Source: Amphiscolops sp. MND2022
Lineage: Eukaryota
Assembly (NCBI GenBank): GCA_964187785.1
Contig: CAXLNC010000776.1
Span: 1-64,000 of the forward strand
Direction: 5' to 3'
DNA length: 64,000 bases
The notes beneath the pieces were generated by a model. It was not told the origin of the DNA. It ran no database searches and saw nothing but the letters and a program-made list of their open reading frames with translations. Shown here piece after piece: positions 23,955 through 33,939 of this stretch (position 1 is its first letter; every line of letters begins with the position of its first letter). A program made the position numbers and the translations under genes.

Positions 23955-24774
23955 CGCGCTTGAGAAGTATTGCTTGTCTATTTTGCAGTCCGATGCCCTC
24001 TGCCCGGTGAGGAACCCACAGGTTTTGCTATGGGCCATGGCAGATCTAGTTTTGGAAAGTTCTGGCCTGATTGACAGCCATTCATTGTTGTTGCCTGACT
24101 TGAAGGAGGTGTTGACAACCAAAGCTTTTCTCATTTGTGCATAGGCACTGCGTCTCTCAAATGCTAGATGGCAATTCAATAAATAACTTCACATGTCTCG
24201 AAGTCCCAGAGAGGTCAGCTCAAGCACTTCAGGAGCCAAGGGAAGTTGTCTGGGAAGACCACTTGAATCAAGAGAAAGAGAACGAAAGATAGAATGTAAG
24301 GTATCTTCAATCTGTTTGTCAGATGTGGTGGTCTTGGAACTGGCACAATGATGCACTAAACGCAAATCCCTCTGCCACCATTCCAAAACCATTCACCAAC
24401 CCTTCCAGTGATCTTTGCCATGTGGGACAAGCTGACGGTCACTATCATGGCGGAGCTAACTGGAGCTCTCCCCANNNNNNNNNNNNNNNNNNNNNNNNNN
24501 NNNNNNNNNNNNNNNNNNNNNNNNNNNNNNNNNNNNNNNNNNNNNNNNNNNNNNNNNNNNNNNNNNNNNNNNNNNNNNNNNNNNNNNNNNNNNNNNNNNN
24601 NNNNNNNNNNNNNNNNNNNNNNNNNNNNNNNNNNNNNNNNNNNNNNNNNNNNNNNNNNNNNNNNNNNNNNNNNNATTGCGTTGGGCTTTGAATTTCAAAT
24701 ATTGGAGCCTTAAATAATTCCATAATAAGTTTGGTGAAAAATAACGCTCTTTCCGCACCAAATCTGCGGAATTT

Positions 24775-25154
24775 TGTGAAAACCCTACATCTGGAAACAT
24801 CTTCTGTGCCTCCTCAGAACATCAGCCAACCCTATGGACATCTGGGGCTCAAGGCCACATCGCAAAAAAGTGGCACATCAGGGCACCTGCACCTTAGATC
24901 ATCAATCATCTGGTTATCACATCACATGGTCAGTCGTTGTTATTGTATCACATTGACACATCATTATCAGGAGCTGTCAGTGTCATTGCAGAAAAGGATA
25001 TCTGCACATAAGGAAGACTGACATCATGATTGTCATCATAGGAGGAGAAGTCAGAGAAAAAAAGGAGAGACATCAGGAGAGGATCAATGACATATCACCA
25101 TGACGTCGTCCATCTTATCAAGAACATCAGGAATATCTCTTGTCTAATTTCACA
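24775..25154 (+). repeat. 5' LTR (380 bp)
   Basis: TG...CA ends with a 7-bp terminal inverted repeat. About 15 substitutions and 6 indels versus the 3' LTR by hand alignment. Confidence 0.95.
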
Positions 25155-27222
25155 TGGTAGCAGAGCGACAAGACTGACAGCGACATCGACACAACGACTG
25201 TCAACATCAACATCCGTAGATAGAAGTAGCAGCAGCAATGGCAGCGACGACAACATCCAAGTCAGCGGCGGTTCTTATACTGACAACAACAAGCACTGTG
25301 TATCCAACACCAAGCTCCTCGTGGATACTGACATCAAGCAGCAGGAATCAGCAGATTTTTCAACTGCATCACCAACATCTTCATGTGGCTCCATGACAAG
25401 CACATCTACACTTGTAGGCTCTACATCAATAGCTGGACCTACTTGTTCACTGTCAACATCTCCATCTCATACTTCTACAACAGTATGCAATGACCTTCCT
25501 GTCGCATCATCAACCTGATCTACATCATCGAGACTGATCACCTCGAAGACAAAGGCTGCCGACATCACCATCAACATGCTACATCTTGGCCAAGCCAAGT
25601 TGCCCATGCCTACACCGTATGACGGTACATCCAACTTCATGGAATGGGCTCGAGAGCTTCGCACCTTCCTGCTCATCAGCAACTTCGAATACATCCCACA
25701 GCTTGACGACGCCCTGACACATGACACTGAAGTCACCATCGAGGAAATCCTTGCTCATACTCCTGAAGGAGCATTGGAACTGACCACCATCAGCACTAAC
25801 AGCGAGGCCGTCGCTGCCCTGCAGGCAGAAAAGTCAGGCACACCAGAGGATCAACGTCCTGCTGATCGTGATGGTGACACCATCAATGGCGAGATTGACG
25901 TCTTAGAGACTGCCAACACTACAGCCCAAACCACTTTAGCCGGACATCGGTTCAATATTGAGAAGGCTGCCAGTTACCTCCTGTATATCTTGCTGCACTC
26001 TACCAAGCCCGGCTCCGAGATCAACTCTTACATCAGGTCCACCCACCGCTTTGAGGCCTGGAGACTCTTACGTCTCAGGTCCTCGGGTGGACATCAACTG
26101 CAGTCATGTTCCTTGCTGCAGAACATCCTTTCTCCCAAGTGGACCGAGTCATCACAGCAAGACCGGTTCAGGGAGTGGCTGGAGAACATCAGCCGTTATG
26201 AAGCAGAGGCAGCTGACATCGCCTACAATCTCAAGGTGGCGACATTGATAAATGCACTTCATGGCCAAGTCAAAACAACATCTTCTCCTCAGCATCCGAC
26301 CATCGCACACCTGTGGCAGCAAGTTCGAGACATCGTCGAGAACTACTTCAATAATGCCTACCTCCCATCCTCGTCGAGCCATGGCATGCACAACATCGGC
26401 GACGACATCAATGCAGTGAAAGGAAAAACGAAAGGCAAAGGAAAAGGCAAAGGAAAAGCAGGAGGAGGAGGCAAAGGTCAAGGAAAGAAAGGAGGATACA
26501 ACATCTACAACAACTACAACAGAGGAGCAAAAGGAAAAGGAAAGTCAAAAGGAAAAGGGAAGGGCAACAACAACAATCATTCAGGATACTACAACAGCAA
26601 CTACAACAACAACAACAACAACAACAAAGGATCTGGAAAGACTTGGTCTTCCTGGTCCAACAGCAACAGTCAGATGAACAGCTTGAAGGGCAAATCAAAA
26701 GGCAAAACATCTTTGTGGTTCACAAACTGCAATAAATCGGGGCACACAACAGATAGATGCTGGTGGCGGACTGGCCAATGGCCAGCATTGAACAACATCA
26801 CAACACAGCAAGCAGCCCTCCCACCACCACAGCAGCAAATCGCTCTTAACAGCCAGACGTTGGACATGCCCATCTCGCACATGCCTCGAGATAATCTTCC
26901 TACTTGCAATGCTCAAGGACAGTGCATCTCTGGATCCTATCCTACAACATCATCAAGGGCATCTACATCATGCATCACTACTCCTGGCCCTGTTGTCTAT
27001 GACATCAGCAACATCGAGATTCAGGATGACATCTGCCAAGTGGGTCACTTCTACAATCCTGAGTTTCTGTCTGAGATCCCATCATCGTGGTTACGTCATT
27101 ATGGAATCATGATTGATACAGGTGCTAGTGCATCTGTTGCACCTGTGTTCCTTGCGGACCACATCAAGTTGGAGAAGCTTGACGTGCCATCCTCCATGAA
27201 GCTCCAGACAGCAACTGCATAA
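25087..27222 (+). pseudogene. gag: Copia gag and aspartic protease
   Basis: ORFs 25087-25518 and 25576-27222 share a frame and are separated by one TGA (25516). Contains PTPYDGTSNFMEW, KGKGK tracts, a degenerate zinc knuckle F-TN-C-NKSG-H-TTDR-C (26719-26760, first Cys is Phe) and protease IDTGAS (27115). Ends in a premature TAA at 27220. Confidence 0.9.
25155..25166 (+). promoter_or_regulatory. Primer binding site, tRNA-Met(i) type
   Basis: TGGTAGCAGAGC immediately follows the LTR. TGGTAGCAGAG is complementary to the 3' end of many eukaryotic initiator tRNA-Met. Confidence 0.85.
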
Positions 27223-30200
27223 CCTATGCATCTTCATGGTTTAAAGACGTTCACCTCATCATTGGTCAGATTGATCTCCATGTTCGCTTTTACATCCCAA
27301 ACGTCAGTCAGCCCATATCAGGCGCGACGTTGAACATCAGTGACCCATTGTCATCACTGATCATCAAGAATGGCAAGGAAGAACAGCTTCAGTACCTTCA
27401 TCGTCATCTATGGGCAGAAGCCATTGCACTACCTGTTGATCATGACAGCAATGCAGCTTGGATCTTCTACATCCAGCACAAGCACTTTACTGATTCCAAT
27501 GGCCTATGCCTGAACAACATCGAGCCTGACACGGACATCAGCGCTGAGCATGATCATTCTGGTGAAGCTAGAGCTCCAACATCCAAGAAGGCCTCATCCT
27601 TGCCATCTGCTGAAGAAATTCATCGACATTCTTTGACTCATCAGCCCTTCCGCAGCTGGTGCCCGGTTTGTCAAAGAGCTCGGGGCCGACAAGAACATCA
27701 TCGATGTCGCCCTGCTCAAGAACAACCAGCATCAATCATCCAAAAGGATTATGCGTACATGAGTCATCCTGAAGAAGAACCTCATCTTCGTCTGGGTTCT
27801 GGCCGCAACATCACTATTCTCACAATGCTGGAGACGTCCACTGGAATGGCTCACGCCATCGTAGTCAACCGCAAGTTTGACTACTCACATCCTCTGATGC
27901 AAGCCAAACGCTGGATAACAGCAAACGGCTTTGCACAATCTACAATCCAGACGGACAACGAGACATCCCTCATCCAGCTTGGAGAGCACATTGCCAGAGA
28001 TCTGAACATCAAGTTCCGGACTACTCCTCCATACAGCCATCAATCCAACGGCTATGTAGAGCGCTGGCATCATAGTTTGTTTGCCCAGATACGGTCCATC
28101 CGTTTTCAATGGGCAGCCCATCTTGGCATCCAGCCCCATCAACTTCCAGCACAAGCTACACCATGGATTGTCCAACATGCATCTTTCATCTGCAATCGCT
28201 TCCTCATCAAGAGTTCCGGTTCTACGTCTTATGGACATTGTTTTGGGCGTGAATGGAAAGGTGACATCTATCACTTTGGTGCTAAGGTCTTCGGGGACGT
28301 TGGAGTTCGTGAGAACCTCAAACTTCAACATCGCATTGCAGATCAAAAACTACAAGGCATCTGGCTTGGACGAGACATCACTACCGGCCTACATCTTCTT
28401 GCATTGCCTGCAGCTGCTCATTCACATCCGGGTGTTCATGGTCAGATCTTCCGCTGTAGGACCATCACTCCTGTTCCGGTCGAACATTGCTTTGACGTGA
28501 TCTTCACATCGTCGGTAGCTTGGCCACAACTTGAACTGACTGACCACATCGAGGGAAGAATGAGAACATCACGTTGCAGCAGCACCTTGATAGAGAGGCA
28601 CAGCGTCATCCTCCTCAGGACTATGTGCCTCAACAGCCAAAGGCAGTGCTTCCACGTCCACCTCCAGGTCTTGAACGTCAACATCAGCCAGTAGTCCCTG
28701 CTGCCCCTCCTGCGGCGGTACAACCTCAACATCAACCTTTCATTCCGGCGCCTCCACCTCGCCCACCGCCTCCACCAGCACATCCTCGACCTGCACAATC
28801 TGCTCAACATCGACCTGCTGGTAAGCACTATAATCATCCTCGGGCTCAGAGAAACATCCACAATGTTGACTTCGACAACCTGCTGGACATGAGCCTGGAA
28901 CATCAGATCTTGTACCTTGCTGTCAATGAGGACCCAGCTGAAAAGAACATCATGACTGAGCTTGTCAATGAACACTGTACCTCAGCTCCTCATGAGTTTG
29001 TGGACATCCAGTCTGAGGGCCACTATCTTGATGACATCTCTGGCTACTCTCGTGAACATCTTCAACGTGCATTCTATGAGGAGTACCAGAAGCTTACTGA
29101 CAAGGAGCTTTATGAGGAAGTACATCGCACATCTCTCACATCTGAACAACAAAAACAGATTGTCAAGACCCGCTGGGTTGTGAGTGACCAGCCAGGTACA
29201 TCAGGTGAGCCCATCTTGAAAGCCCGGTTTGTGGCCAAAGGGTACAGCCAGTACGTCACATCGGATACTTTTGCAGCTACCCCGGCTTCGACGTCACTGC
29301 GGGCTTCGTTGATGCTGTCCATCATTTCAGGCTGGAGTGTTACATCATGCGACATCTCATCTGCCTTTATTTATACACCTCTACCTGAAGGCCAAAACAT
29401 CTGGGTTGAACCTCCAGTGGAGGTCTATGGGCGCCAAAGTCCCATCATCTGGCGCCTCAAGAAGGCGATGTGTGGGCTCAAAACGAGCCCACATCTTTGG
29501 CAGAGACACCTCGCATCTCTATTGGAGAACATCGGTTTCACGCAATCGCGTGCAGACCGTTGTCTCTTCACATCTGATGACATCGCCTTGCTCATCTATG
29601 TGGACGATGTGCTCATCATTGGCACATCAGCAGCAACATCAGATTTCCTGCGGAAGCTTGAGCATCAATTTGGCCTGAAGCACGTCACACATCTCACTCA
29701 CAGCCAGGATTTGAAATTTTTGGGCAAACAACTGCGCTTACATAGTGACGGCAGCATTTCAATAGGCTTAGACTCATCCTACTACATCAACATGTTGAAG
29801 CCCTACTATCTCCACAACGACAACAGCAACCCTGTCACAACCACTGCCAAGGTACAGCAACCTCTTGACAACAGTGCTCCTCTTGATGCAGCTGCACATC
29901 ATCAATTTCGCGCCACAGTTGGTCAGCTCATCTGGACATCCTTAGAACGTCCCGACCTCGTGTTTGCAACTAAGCTACACAGCAGCAGAGTGCAACATCC
30001 TACCACAGCTGATGCAGCTAGCTTGAAGCACACCTTGCGCTACATTAAGGGGACCGTGGATTACCATCTTGTCCTTGGTCGTCATCTTCAACATCGAGTC
30101 CGTCAGTGGAATGGTCAAGCTATTCCCATCCACGTCAATGCATACACGGACAGCGACTGGGCCGGTGACATCAAGACTCGCAAGAGTACCTCAGGATACA

Positions 30201-30640
30201 TCATCAGTGTTCTGGGCGTTCCTCTCAGCTTTGCATCTAGGACCCAGCATACCATCTGCCACAACTCAGCAGAAGCGGAGCTCATAGCTCTGGGTAGTGG
30301 ACTCAATGAGTCCATTCACATCACGCAGCTCATCAAAGAGGTCCAGGATGGCATGAAGCAGCACATCTTTGACATCCCTGACCATACTGAACCTCAGCAA
30401 CATCCTGTTGTGACACTGCATACTGACAGCACTTCTGCATCTTCTTTGGCATCCAAGTTGGGCGTCAACAAACGCAGTCGTCACATCAATTTGAAGTATT
30501 TGTGGTTGCAGGATGAGTGCAAAAGGGTGTCGTTAACATCGCTCGTGTTCCAACATCAGAGAACCCAGCAGATGTGTTCACAAAATTGTTGTCCGCTCCC
30601 CTCACGCGTCGACATCTATCTCCTTGTGGTCTGTGTCAAC
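27223..30640 (+). pseudogene. pol: Copia pol: integrase, reverse transcriptase, RNase H (frameshifted)
   Basis: IN: HSLTHQPFRSWCPVC, QKDY, QTDNE, SNGYVER. RT: KTRWV, KARFVAKGY, CDISSAF, IYVDD (29597). RH: TDSDWAG, RKSTSG, SAEAELIA, then a frameshift near 30516 to ENPADVFTK. Other frameshifts near 27245 and 28555. Confidence 0.95.
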
Positions 30641-31281
30641 TTCCCGTCGGAGAGGGGGAAGAACAGCAAGAACTTCAAGACATCAACATCTTGCTGGATT
30701 CCGTCGTGAAGTTGCACATCAAGCATCGTCAACAACAAGCTGCACAACTGTCTGCACAACTGAACAACATCACTGCTACAACTGATCAACATCATCAACT
30801 GACACGACTACAACAGCAGCAGCAACAGCGGAGCAACAGCTTAGATACTGTATACATCAATATGATTGATACTGTTGATCACCTAGCAGCAACAGCAAGC
30901 AGATACATCAAGAGAAGCATCTGACATCACAGCAGAAGAACGTCAGAGGAAGCAGGCAGCTGAGATCAGAGCAACAGTTCAGAACTTCAGAGGAGACAAC
31001 AGCAACAACAACAGCAACAGCAGCGGTCACCTTCTGAAGCACAACATCAAGATCCATCACCACGACCACGACGACAGCAACATCAAGAGAATGGAGAAGA
31101 GGCTAGAAGTGAGAGGGGGCCATCAGTTACATCCAGAAGGTCGAGAACATCATCACCAGGAAGACAGGAAGGAGAGGAAAGAAGGAGTCAAGAAGGAGAA
31201 AGGAGAATACGACCATGTCGACAGCCACCGACAGCAATTGTTGCCATTAGACAGAGAGCATCACATCATCGAAGGGCCATC

Positions 31282-31959
31282 ATGGTTGTCACATCTCTTG
31301 TTCTTTCTGTTGTTTCATCTTTGTCACCTGTTGCAGCATCGTTGCCGTTTTACATCAGTGAAGCAGCTAGATTGTCCCAGCGCACATCTCAGTTGGCATC
31401 TCACATCCCGTGGGACATCCCTTTGCACATCATTGGGAACATCAGTCATCGAGTCATGGCAGGCACATCATCTACAGCATCTGTTGCAGAGGAAGTCATC
31501 ATGGTTGGTGAACATCTTGCAGCACAGCCTGCATCACCACAGCCGACATCTCCTCAGCAACAGCAGCAGGCACATCAGCATGCATCTCCACAGCAAGGAG
31601 AACAGCCATCAGTGGTGCCAGCCATCGAGAAGCAGAGGGACATCAAAACCCATCTCATCCAGGACATCATTGAGCAACGCATCGGCATCTTTGACAACAC
31701 AGCACCGTCAACAGACATCAGGAACATCTACAGGAACTTCAGTGAAGTGTACATCGACGGCCACCATCTTTCATTCAACAACATCGATGAATTTGACCTG
31801 TGTCATTGCATCGGGCTGCTATGCCCAAGTTCCATCTGGGGCACACACATCTCATCTACAACATCACACATGGGGCAGACATCAATCAAACGTTCTACAT
31901 CATCCTCAGCACATCTGAACATCAAGTGCTACTTAACCACAACGAGCTCACATCAGTGA
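31282..31959 (+). CDS. Extra ORF between pol and the 3' LTR (env-position ORF, unknown function)
   Basis: 225-aa ORF in the same frame as the RNase H tail. It has a hydrophobic N-terminal stretch (MVVTSLVLSVVSSLSPVAASLPFYI), a P/Q linker and a globular-looking C-terminal part. Confidence 0.45.
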   Translation: MVVTSLVLSVVSSLSPVAASLPFYISEAARLSQRTSQLASHIPWDIPLHIIGNISHRVMAGTSSTASVAEEVIMVGEHLAAQPASPQPTSPQQQQQAHQHASPQQGEQPSVVPAIEKQRDIKTHLIQDIIEQRIGIFDNTAPSTDIRNIYRNFSEVYIDGHHLSFNNIDEFDLCHCIGLLCPSSIWGTHISSTTSHMGQTSIKRSTSSSAHLNIKCYLTTTSSHQ

Positions 31960-32240
31960 CAGCAGTGACATCAGAGGCATCCACAGTCAGAGGTGCACAT
32001 CTGAGTCAGCTACAGCATCCTGTTGCTCATCTGAGACCATCAAGTCACATCATCATTGGCACTTTGCCAGAGCATCAGGTCACATCGTTTGCGGAACTTT
32101 GCCATCGTGAGAGCTTGCAGCTTTCACATCACATCACAGCAGAGACAGCAGTCTCATCTTGACCTCAGTCCATCTGAGTGACATCAGCACATCTTGAGCC
32201 AGACATTTCTTTGAGAGTTGAAGCACATCTGTTTCCATCT

Positions 32241-32249
32241 GAGAGGGGG
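32241..32249 (+). promoter_or_regulatory. Polypurine tract
   Basis: GAGAGGGGG directly abuts the TG start of the 3' LTR. Confidence 0.9.
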
Positions 32250-32625
32250 TGTGAAAACCTTACATCTGGAAACATCTTCTGTGCCTCCTCGGAACATCAG
32301 CTAACCCTATGGAATCTGGGGCTCAAAACCACATCGCAAAAAAGTGGCACATCAGGGCCCTGCACCTTAGATCATCAATCATCTGGTTATCACATCACAC
32401 GGTCAGTCATTGTTATTGTAGCACATCGACACATCATGAGCTGTCAGTGTGTCATTGCAGAAAAGGATATCTGCACATAAGGAAGACTGACATCATGATT
32501 GTCATCAAAGGAGGAAAGGAGAAGTCAGAGAAAAGAAGGAGAGACATCGGGAGAGGATCAATGACGCATCACCATGACGTCGTCCATCCTATCAAGAACA
32601 TCAGGAATATCTGTCTAATTTCACA
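32250..32625 (+). repeat. 3' LTR (376 bp)
   Basis: Aligns end to end with 24775-25154 and is followed by the TSD AATTT. Confidence 0.95.
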
Positions 32626-33885
32626 AATTTCGGGGGTTGTCCTGCAGATTCTGGCCTCTGAATATGGCCATGCCATACGCCACCAAGCCAGAGCTCCACT
32701 AAGTGCTGGCCGATTAGATTCCTCCAGATACCTCTATGTAAGTGATCATTTAGATCGGGGGGGGGGGGGAATAAATCTACATGTCTCATAGTGTTAGGAA
32801 GCTGGTGCTCGTAACAGAGCCATGTGAACCCAGAGCTCAGGCAGTGAATCACCTGGACACTAGGGAGAAAGACCGTCTGCAGCTATTGCACCCTGTTTCT
32901 TCACATTGAGACACCCAAAACCCCACATCCTGGGATATGGGGTATCGCCGAGATGGTCTCGCAGTAGAGCGCAAGACGGCACTAGGCCGACAGTTCAGAA
33001 AGTCTATCCTGTTGGGCATGGAGTGCATTTGGCTCAGACTGTGGGTTTTGCTTTTGCTGTCCTTCTTGATCTCTGCACTTTATCAATGCACTCCCTCTAT
33101 CTGTCCGTTGATGTGTCTGTCTCTCCTCCCACCTCCCCTCTTCTAAGCACATCGAGCTTTGTCTTCCTTTCATTGTTTCCTTTGTTTGTTCCTGTTTTTC
33201 CTTTGTTTGTCTCTCTGCTTCCCTCCCTCTCTCTCCTTCTCTCAATCTATATATATGTATATATATATATATCTCTCTCTCTCTCTCTCTCTCTCCCCCT
33301 CATTTGTCTCTCCCTTTGGCTCTCTTTTCTTTCTCCCCTAAGTTAGAAAAAGGCCAATCATTTATTTTACTTGTATCGCTGCTACATCTCTTCTAGACCC
33401 TCGTTCTCTCTCTGTTTCTCTCTCTATATCTCTCCCCCTCTCTCTCTCTCTCAGAGCAATTTGGCCTTCTGTAAGTTTCTTCCTCTGTGCACTCCCCTGG
33501 CCCTGATTGAATAGGCTGCTCTTTGTTTCATGACACTAAGTCAACTTTCTCTCTTTGTGTGCCCTCTTCTCCCATCACTGTCTTCTCCTGACTGCCAGAG
33601 CAGCACGTGCAATGAAAGTGACCACCCAGAAGTGGAAAACAGGCCTGGTCCAATTTAAAAAGGGTTTGAAGCAGGGCGCTTTGCGCTTGCAGAATGCCTA
33701 TTTCTGCAAGCGACTTTTCTCCTCTCAGGCATAGGACTTTTAAGGAAGAAAGTTGCCACAAAGCGCAAATTTGTCATTACTCCATGGTCAATTCAAAATG
33801 CCTTTTAAAGTGGATCTGGTCAATTCTTCCACTCCTGATCTACAACGAAGTTCAACCACTGTGTTAGCGGCTGCATAGCTGGCAC

Positions 33886-33939
33886 CACCAAAGGGATGTC
33901 ATTGTCGATGCTTTTGGGTATGGCGACAACAGAGCACTC
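33886..33939 (-). CDS. PFK: Micro-exon of a 6-phosphofructokinase gene (ECSVVAIPKSIDNDIPLV)
   Basis: Matches the family signature (V/I)xGIPKTIDNDI. Acceptor AG|G at 33940/33939 and GT donor at 33885; 54 nt, phase 0-0. Confidence 0.7.

Larger units (their letters stand above)
24775..32625 (+). mobile_element. Full-length but mutated Ty1/copia LTR retrotransposon
   Basis: Paired LTRs (TGTGAAA...TTTCACA), 5-bp TSD AATTT at 24770-24774 and 32626-32630, PBS, PPT, and domain order gag-PR-IN-RT-RH. Confidence 0.97.

Noticed and set aside
23950-24400. Near-continuous frames on both strands (e.g. DTLHSIFRSLSLDSSGLPRQLP...)
   Set aside because: No recognisable domain, internal stops, and the strand cannot be determined.
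33540-33580. VMGEEGTQRE resembling the PFK IGGDGTQRG motif
   Set aside because: It is downstream of the PKSIDND exon (wrong order), lies in a CT-rich tract and lacks the catalytic residues.
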